A DNA stretch of 63,887 nucleotides, the filler included, from Sphacelaria rigidula (lineage: Eukaryota): the NCBI GenBank assembly GCA_964200075.2. It is 8 parts of 8 records of this genome, joined end to end, with 100 filler letters (N's around TTAATTAATTAA, not from the genome) between each part and the next. Parts side by side here need not be neighbours in the genome. Positions count along the whole stretch, not along the records: positions 1 to 7,901 come from CAXNAA020013053.1; positions 8,002 to 15,901 come from CAXNAA020013054.1; 6 more parts are not named here. One strand, 5' to 3'. Of the stretch, positions 1-13,059 are shown one piece after another. Position numbers and translations under genes: made by a program. The notes beneath the pieces were generated by a model, which searched no databases, was not told the DNA's origin, and saw nothing but the letters and a program-made list of their open reading frames with translations. Positions within the stretch are counted from its first letter, which is position 1. Each line of letters opens with the position of its first letter.

Positions 1-96
1 TCAGCCCCAGTAAAAGTCCGATTCTCGTCGTTTACACTAAAATCAAGTGATATCGACCATTGTGAAACATAGCCCAACGCCGGTAAACTCTACTGA
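1..96. mobile_element. MITE family A, one end (contig-truncated)
   Basis: Near-exact reverse complement of 1689-1781; ends in the family terminus CCCAACGCCGGTAAACTCTA. Confidence 0.75.
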
Positions 97-837
97 AATA
101 AATTGTCAGCAGATGCCCCCAAAATAGGGTTCACGAGCCCGAGACGGAAAAGTATCAAGGCTAAATACGCCGGTTGATGACTCGCGTGTGATGTCTCACC
201 TTTTCATGCCAAGAAAAAACATAACGCGTCGTGGATCACAGTAATTCGAGTTCGTTATCTCATGAGACTGTTGACATCCTCGCAGACTGTAACGTAGGTC
301 CCAACCGTCAAGTTTCGGCTCGAATCTTTCCTTGGTCTGAGATTTCAAAATAATGCTAACGACCACCGTACACCTGCACCAGCCACCTGGCAACAACATG
401 CCATTTGTGTGTGCAACCATTTTATGATGTAGCCCAACGACGGCTCGGAAAATATTCGGAACCATTGAAAATCCAATCCTTGGGGTCCGGAGCACATTTT
501 TTTCCTCCATGAAAGGAAAAACTGACGACGGTGATCGTTCGATTCTTGGGAATGGTTGCTGACCGGTAGGGCGCCCTCTCATTGTACATGATAGTCGCAA
601 TAACTTCGTCATGATATGGGGATTCCCCGATGCAACCTAGTGAGTGGCTCCCGATAAAGCATGTTTGATTTGTTAAAGCAGTGTGTACTATAGTTACGTT
701 GACCATACCAATATCTCTAATTCGAGCAAGAGCACGTAGGAAATTCGTAATCAGGTGGCATAAGCCTTGGATCTACTTTTGGGAACATAGGCTGGGACGT
801 CACTTCCGATTATCAAGGAGGCGGCCGATCGACGGAG

Positions 838-1395
838 GCTAGTTAACTGTCGTTGGGCTACGTTTTAGAATGGTTGACGCAATTTTACAAGTATCGCTAC
901 CCTTCACACGTCGGACAACTCATCTCATGTAACTCATTTTTGTACAACCCAGCTGTTGAGATATACTGTAGAACTCAGCGGTATCTATTTCAACTGCCAG
1001 AGCTATATTGTATTGCTTAGCGGTACCATTTTCTACCAGCTGAGTTATATGGTATAACCCAGCGGTATCTTTTCCCACTGGATGGATCATATCACACGAC
1101 TGAGCTAACTCGTGAGTTGTCCGACGTGTGCTACCCTTAACCCTAACCCCAATCCAACGCATACCGAGAACCCTCGGGCAAGGGCGGAACATACATTCCC
1201 CAGGCAAAGTGCGGCCTTGGTAGACCCCAAATCGGCGCTTGTGGCGCCGATTTCAACGAAAAACGCGTTCTGTGCACGCGAGAAGTACACGGGACTGTCA
1301 GCCCCCCTGAAATTCCGATTCTCGTCGCTCACACTCGGATCAAGTGACATCAACCGTTCTAAAACGTAGCCCAACGCCGCTAAAGTCTGTTGCAC
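838..1395 (-). mobile_element. MITE family A copy, interrupted by a hAT-type MITE
   Basis: 842-900 and 1139-1390 together are the reverse complement of 1689-2000; imperfect TIRs built on CGTTGGGCTACGTTTTA. Confidence 0.7.
905..1130. mobile_element. hAT-type MITE
   Basis: Perfect 18-bp TIR CACACGTCGGACAACTCA; exact 8-bp TSD CTACCCTT at 897-904 and 1131-1138 (8-bp TSD is typical of hAT). Confidence 0.85.
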
Positions 1396-1687
1396 TGCAG
1401 TAGAGTTTACCGGCGTTGGGCTACGTTTTAGACTGATTGGTATTACTCGATTTGAGTGTGAGCGACGATGGTTAACTAGCCTCGTCTATACCACCGCTCC
1501 TGTTCCACCTCTCCCGTACTTGGAGCGTGGGACATCGGTCACAACTTTTTTTCGGCATGTAGCAGTACAACTCCACCTGTATCCCATCCATGCCCCCTCG
1601 TCGATAGAGGGATTGACCTACACAAACCGCCGACTGTTCGCATTCCGCTGTCATGTAGCTTGTTGAATATCATGACACGTCGATCCA

Positions 1688-2003
1688 CTAGAGTTTACCG
1701 GCGTTGGGCTATGTTTCACAATGGTCGATATCACTTGATTTTAGTGTAAACGACGAGAATCGGAATTTTACTGGGGCTGACAGTCCCGTGTGCTCCTCGC
1801 GTGCGCAGAGCGCGTATTCGTTGAAATCGGCGCCACAAGCGCCGATTTGGGGTCTACCAAGGCCGCACTTTGCCTAGGGAATGTATGTTCCGCCCTTGCC
1901 CGAGGGTTCTCGGTATGCGTTGGGCTGGGGTTAGGTTTAGGAGTAGCGATACTTGCAAAATTGCGTCAACAATTTTAAAACGCAGCCTAACGACGGTGAA
2001 CGA
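1688..2003 (+). mobile_element. MITE family A full copy
   Basis: Imperfect TIRs; further copies at 1-96, 838-1395 and a terminus at 1398-1470. Confidence 0.7.
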
Positions 2004-2406
2004 GCCTGTTATTATGCTACACGCCAACGTGTCGTTCAACAATTTGAAATGTGCATGTGATCGTATTTCGAATAAATTGTTGACTCTCAATCCGATCTGT
2101 TACTCTCAATCTCACGAAAAGAATGTTTAAATGGGTTTTAAAGTGAAATACAGATGCCAATGGCGAAAGCTTGAAGGCAAAAGCTAAGCTAGAAGCGGAG
2201 GGAAAAGTTAGCGGTATCAGATTGATTTTCTAGAGGTATTTTCACCTACCGCAAGTGCTGCAACAATTCGTATTCATGTAGCGTTGGCAAACATACATAG
2301 ATGGGATCTTAGTCATTTCGACGTAGAACAGGCATTCAACAGTCAAAATTCGACTATGAAGTGTACATGAGACTACCTCCTAGTTGCGGATCAATGACAG
2401 GCAAAA

Positions 2407-3157
2407 AACACGGGTTTTTACAAATGGGGGGTGGATTTGTTTTGGGGGTCGGACAAGGTCAGAAGTTGGACCGGAAAGTGCAAAACTGATTATTTGGAAG
2501 TTGATTCATTTGATTGATTGATTGTCGCACTTCAACTGACCCCCCAGGGGTCCAGCCGTGGTCTCATGATAGACGTACCCAACAAAAACGAAACTGAAAC
2601 ACGCTCTGAGGAAAAGAGAAAATATATACTCACACCGGGGTTCGAACCCGGGACCTCGGCTTTATCAGAGCCGCGCTCTACCAACGGAGCTCTGCGAGCG
2701 GTGCACATAAATTAATCCCAGCTTTCGGAGCTAGTCTATTAAAAGTATCCGTGGGAGGACATCGTTTGTATTTCTGCGATCCGCCCGGATCGCACAAATG
2801 CAAAACGCCCGTCGCATCCGTGTAACATTTGTTTTTAATGGTAAACGCAGATTCTTATCTAGATGCATGTCTTTTCAATTAAAACTCGTCGTTGCATCTG
2901 CTCCGGACGTTGTGGGGTCCATGAAAACTGGTGGAGATTCTGCAATCACTCATGTACATAAAAAACAATATAAAATGAGGTTCTGTACGATGTCCGGATA
3001 GATTTAAATCCAACGTGCAACTACCAATCTGCTTACAATACATGGCGGTCCGTAGGGATACTGTACCCCGAATTAGTTTTTGCATTTTTCGGTCGAACCT
3101 TTGACCTTGTTCATCCCCAAAAACAAATAAATCCCCCAATTTGTAAAATCCCGTGTT
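2407..3157. mobile_element. Non-autonomous TIR DNA transposon inserted in the copia RT
   Basis: ~90-bp imperfect TIRs starting AACACGGG(T/A)TTTTACAAAT; 4-bp TSD AAAA; removal rejoins copia codons G-K-I-V-L-L. Confidence 0.85.
2500..2699 (-). mobile_element. tRNA-derived SINE (tRNA-Ile(GAT)-like head 2627-2699, (CAAT)n tail)
   Basis: Head folds as a cloverleaf with TGGTAGAGC and GGTTCGAACC boxes; the 3' body and tail recur at 9690-9782; tail motif GTGCGACAATCAAT recurs near 12875 and 20724. Confidence 0.8.
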
Positions 3158-3288
3158 AAAATCGTTCTCCTATATAAAGCGATTGATCGCTTGAAGCAAA
3201 GTGCCAGACAATTTTACAAGCTGTTAATGTCAAGGCTTATCAAAATTGGTTTCGAGCAGTGTGTGTCAGACCACTGCATATTGCGCAT

Positions 3289-3545
3289 GAGCAATGCTAC
3301 GGTAGGGGTGCGCATCTTTCGCGAAATATTGTCTAGTCGAGGGGCTCCTAACGATTCTAGATGCACAAGAGTATGGATCAGGGCATCTCCGTTTGCGAAT
3401 TCATTCGGGATGTCCCCAGTACATTGGAGTAGTAATCCTGGCGTACTTATACATATTTTCGTAAGTGGTATTTTGCATGAGATCAAAGGCTTCTGAGAAT
3501 TCTAACCTCAGAAAATATTTGTGCACCCCTACCGCAGCATCACTC
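3289..3545. mobile_element. MITE with GAG...CTC termini inserted in the copia RT
   Basis: TIR GAG(C/T)(A/G)ATGCT(A/G)CGGTAGGGGTGC; flanks GCAT/GCTT; a second copy lies inverted at 52497-53050. Confidence 0.8.
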
Positions 3546-4012
3546 GCTTGGTTATTGATGGTGACTTGGTAGGGGCGGTGAATTTCTCGCGTTAATGATA
3601 TTATTTTTTCGAGGTCAAGTAGTGTAAGCAGGGCAGTGGTCGACGTTCCAAATGATACAACACCGACGAAATACTTGGGAGATCTCGCATGGTTCGTGGG
3701 AGTAGAGTACAGACTTGATACGGAGAAGGGGGTCATTGAGTTATCGCAAACAGGCGATATTAGAAGTATGCTCGAACGTTTTGATATTTTTCGCTCCAGC
3801 TCTCTCGCTGCTTCTCCGTCCGTGAACCTCAGCTTCGTAAGAGACAACCATGACGTGAAAAATTTAAAAAAGAGCCATCATTCTTGGCTTACACAAATAT
3901 AAAACTTTAAATTTTCATTAACACACGGCAAAATACCTAAACTATGTTTTTAGCCTTTTTAAAATATAAATTTAATAAAATAACCAACAGCAAATTTAAG
4001 TTTACTAATTAA

Positions 4013-4261
<249 letters not shown>

Positions 4262-4332
4262 CTAAAATAAAAATTTACTATACTAATATTTAAAATATTA
4301 ACGATAAAACACACTTAAATTTTTTTAAATTA

Positions 4333-4404
4333 AGCGAAAAAAGGGACTTGAACCCTCAACTTCAAGCTTGGCAAGCTAGCACTCTACCATTGAGTTATTT
4401 CCGC
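4333..4404 (-). tRNA. trnG: tRNA-Gly(GCC), organellar type, inside the NUMT
   Basis: Reverse complement GCGGAAATAACTCAATGGTAGAGTGCTAGCTTGCCAAGCTTGAAGTTGAGGGTTCAAGTCCCTTTTTTCGCT folds as a cloverleaf with anticodon GCC. Confidence 0.93.
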
Positions 4405-5597
4405 TTTTATACTTTTTTAATTTAAAATATAAATATTATAAAAAACAAAAAAGTAAACCTTGACCAAGAACAGATACTTCTGATTTACTTTCCGTTTCGT
4501 AAAGTTGTGGGGTGCTTGATGTGGATTGCCAACCAGACTCGACCTGACATCGCCAACGCAGTAGGAGCGGTGGCGCGACATTCTTATGACTCGAAGGAGA
4601 TTCACTGGAAAGCAGCCAATAAGATTCTACAGTATATGCAAATTTGGGACTCAGGTATTACGCAAGATCAGATGTAGACGTGAGAACGACAGTGTATGCA
4701 GATGGGGATTACGGCAAGGAAGACGCGGGGCGGCGATCGGTATCGGGTGGTGCAGTGTTATGTGATAGTTCACCAGTAGCCTGGTTTTCTAGGACGCAGA
4801 AAAGTGTAACTCATTCAACCACAGGAGCAGAGTATGTACGTAGTGACGGGCGATGGAGTAAATTAAGCTTTGTTTGTTGATGGAGTGATAGAGTTTCTTT
4901 CACCAGCCAAGAAATTGAAGGGCGCCAGGGTGTTGGAAGGCAATGAAGGAGCGATTGGGTTAGCGAAGAATTCAATGACTTCTTTCTTATGGTTAACATA
5001 TTGTTGTACGCCACCATTTTCTCAGAGAGTTGGTAGAGAAAAAAAAAATATTGGTGGAGCACGTAAGTAGTGAAAATCAGCACGCTGACATTTAAACAGG
5101 TGCTGCCCCGGGAAGCATTTATAGCTCACATCAATTTCTTGCTGGGTAAAGAGTGATTGTACGGGGGGGGGGGGGGGGGGGGGGTGGGTTGGGTTTTTTT
5201 TGGTAAAAAATTTCAAGTGGTTTTTTTTTTTTCACCAAACCCCAAGGGGGGGGGGTTTTTTTTTTGGTTCTTTGTGCACCAACAGTACAGTATATACTCC
5301 GGGATGATTTTGTTCCTTATAGCTAATGTGAAGACAACAACATAGCTAGGAATAGAATACTTGTGTAGAGTGGTGGATAGGAAGTATACGGTAGAGCTGT
5401 CTTTCTGAATACAAGTGTGAGTAGAATAATATAATGGTGTGGGGATAAGCTGGGTGGACGGTGCATATGCTCCCCCACCGAGCTTACTCCTTTGTTCCCC
5501 ATGTTCACCCATCATCATTGTCGGGCGACAGTCCTTGGTTAATGAACAAAGGCCGCCCGCGGTAGACCTCAAATACTGAATATAAGCTGGAGATCAG

Positions 5598-5800
5598 AGA
5601 GTTTAGGATAACGCGTTTTTGTTCTTTCTGGTTGCAAATATCTCGGAATCAAATAGTGCAGAATGAACTAGAAACCCTCATCGAAAAGAAGTGAAAGAGT
5701 ATACCACATTTGACGGAGGGGGAAACATTTTTTCGCTACATTCTGATCCTGAGAAATTTGCTCTCAGAAATAACAAAAAGGCGTTTTCCGAAACTTTTTA
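5598..5800. mobile_element. MITE family (GAGAGTTTCGGAAAACGC TIR), degenerate copy
   Basis: Colinear similarity to the cleaner copy at 20515-20718. Confidence 0.65.
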
Positions 5801-5804
5801 TTCT

Positions 5805-7901
5805 CTCGGAAGAGATCGAGAGAGAGACGGTGAGGTAGGGCGGATGAAGAAGTAGAGAGTGGACGGGTAAAGTACTAGTAGTGCTGATATTCGGAGTTCG
5901 TCGCGATATGATGAGAATACAGCTTAGGAGGAAATGCAGTAGAGTTGGACTATGCTGTTTGGCGAGAGGAAGAGTAAAAATGGAGGGATGATATTTCCGA
6001 CTCACGCTAAAACAGAGCGCGAGCAAGGAGTGGGGAAGAATAGAGATAAGTAAGGTGTCGGCATGGGTTAGAAGAGTAGGATGGAAAGTATGCATAGCTA
6101 ATGGAACAACGAACCGAGGGTGTAGTCCACGGGTAAACGGAGGGGCAGAGGGTCAGGGACAGGCAAGTGCCCGGAAGGGGAAGGGGGAGGACACAGCGGC
6201 CTCGAGCAAATAGACAAAGACCAACCCAGAAACGGGAAGAACAATCAAGCACGGGAAAGTAGAAGTAAAAGCGACGGAGAGAGAACAGCAGACAACAGAA
6301 GAGCAGATAATGATTCGGAAAGGAAGTTAAGAATACGATCGTGGAACGCGTGTGGATTCGTCATTGATGAGCGCAAAATAATAGAGATATCGCAACAAGT
6401 AAGTAAACACGACCAAGACATGGTAAAAATCCAAGAGTCATGGGAGAAGAAAGGGGGCGAAAATGGGATGCAAAGTTGAAGAGTACGCATGGATAGGGAA
6501 AAGGCGGAGGGGAGCGGAGTCCAAGAGCAGGGGAGCGGGGGGAGTAGGATTCTCAGTCAAGGGATACCTGTGTGACAGTATAGAAATGATCGACGACTCG
6601 AAGTTCGACGAAAGCATATGAATAAGGGTAACAGGAGAGCCGGTAACGAAATACCTCTTCGTAGGCAACATATTTTCGCCCCCAGAATCGAAGAGTAGGG
6701 TTAACGATATACAGCGGAGGATTGGCGAGATAGCAGCAGATGTACATGAGTATAAAAGGCAAGGAGAAGTAATGTTCGTGGGCGATTTTAATGCAAGGGT
6801 AGGAAGAGCAGGTCAACCGGATGATATCATTGGGCAATACGGGGAAGGTAAGAAGAACGCGAATGGGGTAAAAATGCTGAAGTTACTTGAGCATACCGAG
6901 ACGAAGACGCTGAACGATAGAGCACCAAAGCCAGAGCCGCAATGGACGAGGCAATGCAAAGGAAAGATAGAATGCTCCGTTCTTGACTATATAGTGGTGA
7001 AGCATGGAAGTATTTCAAGAAATGGGAGTACAGGTATGCAAGGAGGACGTGGGAACTACAGATCGTTGCCTAATATGGACAGAAAGCCAACAGATGAGAG
7101 CTATGAGTAAATGAAATAGGCGGGGTAGGAAGTTGTACAAATGGAGAAATCGATAAACTAGATATGGAAGAAAAACGGAAAGAGTTCCAAGAAGAGATGG
7201 TCAAGAATGCAGTGAAAGTTTCCGAGCTATTGGGACGCGTAGGTAGAGTTGATACCGAAATGGAAAGAAAGCGGGCAGGAGCGAAGATTATAGAAGGATG
7301 GGAGCAGTTGGTCAGAAACACAGCGAGTAAAATCATAGGCAAGAAACTAATCGTATGCAACAGAGCAGTAAAACGGTGGGATGAGAAAGTAAAGGGCGTT
7401 ATAAGACTAAGGAGAGAGGCCCACGCAAGATGCATATCGAGTAAAACTACGGCAGGATAGGAGGAGTATACTAAAGCTCGAAAGGAAGTAAAGAAGATGG
7501 TACAGAAGAGAAGAAGGGGATATGGGAAGATATAGTTATGAAAATAAATGAAGGTTTCGATGGCGGCATGAAACAAATATGGGTAGGGATAAAATGGATA
7601 ACGGGAAACCAGGCAGGAAAGGTGGACAAGGGGATAGCCACACTCCGGGCACAGGACGGTAAAATGGTCAGTTGCTCGAAGTGCTAGTCGAGCACTATCG
7701 TAAACTAGGGAGACCAGAAACAACCACGGAGTTCGACAGAGAATTCGAAAAAGAAACCAACGTGTGGGCGGAGGCAAATGTAGAGACGTCGAAACGGGAG
7801 GATGCAGGCTCGAAAGAATTGTAGAGAGAGTTTACCAGAGATGAAGTGAAGGGGTGCGTAGCTAAACTCAAGAACGGAAAGGCAGCAGGGGCAGACGAAA
7901 T
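5805..7901 (+). mobile_element. Non-LTR retrotransposon (LINE): 5' region, APE endonuclease and start of RT; degenerate, cut by contig end
   Basis: SWNACG, IQESW, GAGGVGF, VGDFNARVG, NANG, SVLDYIVV, then EVKGCVAKLKNGKAAGADE; stops and frameshifts; homologous copy at 44020-44850 (-). Confidence 0.92.
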
Positions 7902-8001
7902 NNNNNNNNNNNNNNNNNNNNNNNNNNNNNNNNNNNNNNNNNNNNTTAATTAATTAANNNNNNNNNNNNNNNNNNNNNNNNNNNNNNNNNNNNNNNNNNN
8001 N
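7902..8001. other. Artificial contig spacer
   Basis: N44-TTAATTAATTAA-N44. Confidence 0.98.
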
Positions 8002-9689
8002 GAAGACGTAGAGAGTGGAGGGTGCATAGGAGGGGGGAGTGAAAAATATGAGGACTACACCGGAGAAAAAGAGAAGATGAAATATTTATCTGACTGAACC
8101 ACAGGGGGCCAGGAAACCGTAGAAGGAGCAAATCTACACCCAGGCTCGAGGATATCAAAAACGCCTGCTTCACCTACCAAAGATTCAGCCAACAGAGAGC
8201 ACACCACGAGGAACCGCACGAGATTCCAGGACGTGGTCATCGAGAAATGTACGTCATCCGAGAGTGGGTGTCCTCGGGATAAAGGCAAGCGAAATATCGC
8301 TATTTTCAGTGAATGTAACGATCCGGCAGTCTGTTGTTTAGCTCTTTGATGATGCTTCCTTCCGATCTCTTTTGATCATGCATGCCATCATATACTTTAC
8401 TATAGTCGACACTCAGACAGTATGAGGTATGCATCAAAATCTGATGACTTGAAAGGACCCGAGCATCTGAAAAATAAACGGCTTCATCTCACAGCTGACC
8501 CCAGAGTCAAGACGTGTCAAGCTGCCTGGGTGATCACTTCGATCCAGATTTGCCGTTATACGCCAGGGTAGGCCACCCCAACTCTCTCTCGCCACGCCGT
8601 GACACGGGTGCTGCTTTTGACGTGGCTGCGACACATATCCTTCAAAACCTTCCAACGCTTCAACAGGGGTAAATTGCGTGGAACGTGGTGTGACGATGTT
8701 CTCCTGTTGAAAACGCTCTTTTGGCTGTGACTCGTTCTGTTGCATAATACATGTACATCTCGATCCGTTTCGGCCCAAAACACGTGGATTTCGTCGACGT
8801 CTTACTCTATTTCCGTCACGCTAAAAAATACCGCCAACTATATCTCCAGATGAACAACAAATGCCACCGAAGCAAAACAACGCCCACCTTCGTGACATGG
8901 GTGATGATGGTGAACCATGTAACCGGCTTAGGTCTGGAAGACCTTCAAACGCCCATGAGACCGCGTGCTGAATAAATCACTACCCTCCTGTGCACCTCTC
9001 GCGCAACATTCATTGTCTTTCATCACGTGTATGTTATGTGCATGACGACTTTTGAATTGTTCAATTTATTTGACACAGTGAAACCAAACGCCAAAGCGGG
9101 AAAGTGAAGAAAAACCTCAGGGACAGGTTTTCACCCACGGAAAGCCCAAGGATCAGGGCCAGCTGTACAGAGTGGAGCATCGCTTGGTTTATCGCACGAT
9201 TATCCCCAGTACTTCACTTTTGATCCCTTCAATTCCTCGGAACGAGTCCCTCTTCTCTCGAGAAGCTGACCCACCACTCCCCCCGGTGCACGCCTAGCAA
9301 GTTGGAGGAGGATGGAAGCACAGCATGCCTATTTTGACCCCCACTCTGCTCTGGATTTCGCATGAGCGACGGCACCGCGAACTACAGTACATCTATGTCA
9401 CATCGCACCACTGCCGCAACAGGTGACCACACACGTCCTGCTAGTTTCTGGATAGAGGGATTGGTTCACGTGGACGAGGAACACCGACTACAGCATTTAA
9501 TTTTTCACTACTTCTACGCTACGTGCCTCCCCCCCGCTGAGTCACGAAATGCGTGCACAGCATGTCATCCTCGCGAACACCATAGCTCCACATTTCTCAC
9601 TGTACAAAACCCACCTCACTGTCTGCTCGCACAGGGAGATCTTCGCATGCCTGAGTTGTTTTGCTGGGCACTGTGCTCAACATTAAATT

Positions 9690-9782
9690 TATTGATTGAT
9701 TGATTGTCGCACTTCAACAAACCCCCAGGGGTGCAGCCGTGGTCTCATGATAGACGTACCCAACAAAAACGAAACTGAAACA
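9690..9782 (-). mobile_element. 5'-truncated copy of the SINE/LINE 3' end seen at 2500-2600
   Basis: Near-identical to 2511-2601, including the (TTGA)n tail. Confidence 0.8.
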
Positions 9783-11841
9783 TTTGATATGGTATATTCC
9801 TGGTCGGTCCACCTTGTACACGTTTCCACGGCGTGCATAGCAGTTAGTCCACGTGTACGGGAATCCAATCAGCTCAGGACAACAGAGCCCAGTCACTCCA
9901 TGTAGGCGATGCAACTCGTTCAACTGTCTCACTCATTCATGTTGACGTCGCCGAAGGGGGTCAATGTTGAGGTTGGGGCATCTCTGCTCGAGTCGGTGAG
10001 AAGCTCACTCGCGCAGGATCCTTTTTTTCATGCTCGCAGTCTGTGAAAGTCACGACATCACCCCTCGTTACTCCGCGAAGTTGACCCTCATACCGCGAGG
10101 GAACTTCATCTGTATCACGCATACTTCCTTCAATTGAAATCGATACCGATCCAACAGATGACCTACTCCCGCTGTCTACGGATTGCCTCGGAAAATGTCC
10201 GAAAACATGGATTTTGCTTTGAAATACTCGAGATACTCGAGTGACCATATGGTCATGTAGACACGCCGCGGCGCCGTATGTCGCATCCCCAAGATCCACA
10301 CCAACACTAGGAGTCAGCTCTCCTGGATCAAGGGCCGACAAGTTTACCGGAAAAGGCTACAACAATTGGTGAGGAGTACGGCGTGCGTTGTTGCCCAGTG
10401 TGCCCGGTGATGGGTGCCGAGTGTTCGATGCTTCCATCGTCCCATACCGCATATGATATCCGGCTGATAGTCAACTGCGCCAGAAAGGACCCTCAACACC
10501 AACACCCATCAGCAACAACGGCGGCAGAACAGCAACGCCACATGTATTACCGCAATATTCGAGAGGCAAGTACGCATATTGGTGCTGTGTGTGAGACGGC
10601 TTAGACCGATTGCCGATACATGTCATGGGCTACCCAGGTTCCTGTGCCAACGTCATGAAATCAAGTTTTTTTTTTCCGTGTTCTTTCTTCACGGTTGGCG
10701 ATTTGCGTGGTGAGTTGTGGACGGCAAATATTCGGGCTATGGCATAGAGGCAGCGCACGGCATGAGCGAAGTATCATCTGTTCAGCGGTTGGAGAACATG
10801 CTGAGCGAAAAATTATTTACTCCCGAAAATGTGCATGTCCAAGAAATTGACGTGGACACATTCTGACCAAAATATCCACCAACTACATTGACGAGGAGTC
10901 TGGTGGAGGGGAAGCGAGCTTAGTCAAATTTGCGAACAAAGCTGTACCGGGATACTTTCTCGAGAGACGCACAACCTCGACTCTTGTGAAAATTCCGCCT
11001 CTAACGTCGACACTTCTGACTGCCCAGTCCTTGCACTGTACACAAAATTGTGATCCGTTCGTCGACACAAGCGTGCACTGCACATATTCTGCGCCCCCAA
11101 GATTTCAGTACCACACGCAGACAAAAGACAGCGTGCAGAGATCAAACGGCGGCGTAATTCGACCCCATGTTGGGCTGCACGCCCAACCAGACGCTCAGCA
11201 AGCACATGTTGCCATCCACAATAAAAAAAAACACGACGTAAGCCGAACGACCTCAACTTCCCCGACACGAGCGCCTCTCCACGGACACAAGTGTGGTCGG
11301 TAGCTTGCACCTCCCTCCTCGAGGAAGAGGCTTCGGTCCACGACAACAGAACTCAAAGGCCTTCATTTGCTGGGCCAAAGATTCACACAGACCTCCGTGC
11401 TCGCTAGTCCGCGGCAACTTGGTGAGAAAACCATGTCGGATCAAAGATCTACACAAAACCCGTCGCCATCAGTCTACGGGCGCTTGGCAATAAAATTTCT
11501 CCAGGAATCCAGCGAACTATACCCCGACGGCGCATGAGCGGTGTAATCGAGTTTGTGCATATTCGCATCTTTGATCATTTCGTCTTGTCCTGCATCCTTT
11601 GGTCAACGGGTGTAGTGGTGTCCGGGGTCGTTTTTCACCAGGCCCACTCCCGCTTTCCAGTCTTCGCACTGTGCGTCGACTTCTGACCCATAATCGGCAG
11701 ACATTCTTCAAACCAACTCCCACATGAAAATACTTCTGGTTCGGCAACGCACTCTCTTGCAGATCGTGAGACGACGACATTCAGGACTTCTGACACCGTT
11801 GTGCAGCTGGAAAATCTGATATCAGAGTACCCGTGGTTGGG

Positions 11842-11858
11842 GAGTCATGCCGTGATAG

Positions 11859-11910
<52 letters not shown>

Positions 11911-12272
11911 CCACACACCCCACCACACAAAACGAGGGTGCAATATTTTACTTCACCCCCTTCTGTGNNNNNNNNNNGACCTCTTACCCCGTTGTGCAGC
12001 GGGACAACCTGATATAGGAGCCCCCGGGGGGGGGGGGCCAGGCCCGAAAAGCCCCCCCCCCCCCCCCCTCCTGAACCAGCCCCGAGACTATCACAATCAA
12101 TATGACCATACAGCGCGTGATAACTGGTTTCAGACTTCATGAAGCCCCTTGTGTGGGCGACATCGACGAAAACAATTCCAAGCATGAGGGTTCTTAGCTG
12201 CTCATGAGCTTGGTTTCTTGAATATTTAGTTCACATGTAGGCTTTGCCTCCTCAAACAAGCCGCTTTGGGGG

Positions 12273-12307
<35 letters not shown>

Positions 12308-12322
12308 ATCACGGCATCACCC
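11842..12322. mobile_element. MITE with GAGTCATGCCGTGATA termini and long poly-C/poly-G arms
   Basis: Left GAGTCATGCCGTGATAG(C)n; right (G)nTATCACGGCATCAC; contains a 10-N gap. Confidence 0.6.
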
Positions 12323-13059
12323 TGGGCTCAAAGGATGAAGTAGGGAGGTGCAGCAACAGATGAAACATCTCTTCCCCTCCCCGCCCCCCGCCCCCAACCG
12401 TCTCTGCACCTCTTCTATGGGATTCCGAGTGTTTTCTTCACGCAATAACCTCACCGCTTTGCCAGCCAAGTAATAATGCACCCCGCATCAAGTTGATTTC
12501 CATGGTCGAATTGCAATCCGTCGTCAACGGTGAACATCATGACACTCAGTCTAATAGCTCACAGGCTGTATGACTCCCGGGTGAGGTAACTTCCCAACGT
12601 CGACTCTTTCATGAAACTGAGGCGGCCAACCCTTCTACGCCCCCCCCCCACCCCGGCCAAAATGTTTCGTGATTAAAAGTCTTCGCACGGACTTTTTGGG
12701 AAATAGGATTCTTTGTAAGCCCGAAGGCGCTTTAGGTCGAAGCCGTTTTGAATATAAACAAGGTTGAAATAAGGTTGTCACCCGGAGGCGTTGTGCTCCG
12801 TCGCTGAGGATACTTTCAACATGTGAACCAATTGGAATTTTGGAGTCGACAGCGTGTAGGGGGTCAGTGAAAGTGCGACAATCAATCCATCAATAGATTC
12901 ATCAGTCGGAAGCTCGAATAGAGGATGGCAGGTGCTTTCCTCACGTCCCTCAAATTCGAGCTGGTTGAAATAAGGACGGTTGCGCCATCGTTTACTCATG
13001 AGCTTCTCTCACGGATGTGGCATGATTTTACAAAGATTCGCAACACTCGTCACACCTTG

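Noticed and set aside
196-830. Overlapping minus-strand ORFs that look coding-like
   Set aside because: Frameshifted with no identifiable family; cannot support a call without a search.
2627-2699. Functional tRNA-Ile(GAT) gene
   Set aside because: Lacks U8 and is fused to a dispersed retroposon tail; treated as a SINE head.
5160-5270. Long G/T homopolymers as G-quadruplex or regulatory elements (also 11859-11910, 12266-12306, 23790-23870)
   Set aside because: Low-complexity runs next to gaps or contig ends look like low-quality sequence; lengths are unreliable.
7946-7957. Regularly spaced TTAATTAATTAA palindrome
   Set aside because: Sits in the middle of N runs; an assembly linker, not biology.
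8002-11800. Many 60-140 aa ORFs in contig 2
   Set aside because: No recognisable motifs or consistent splice phases; probably decayed repeat DNA.
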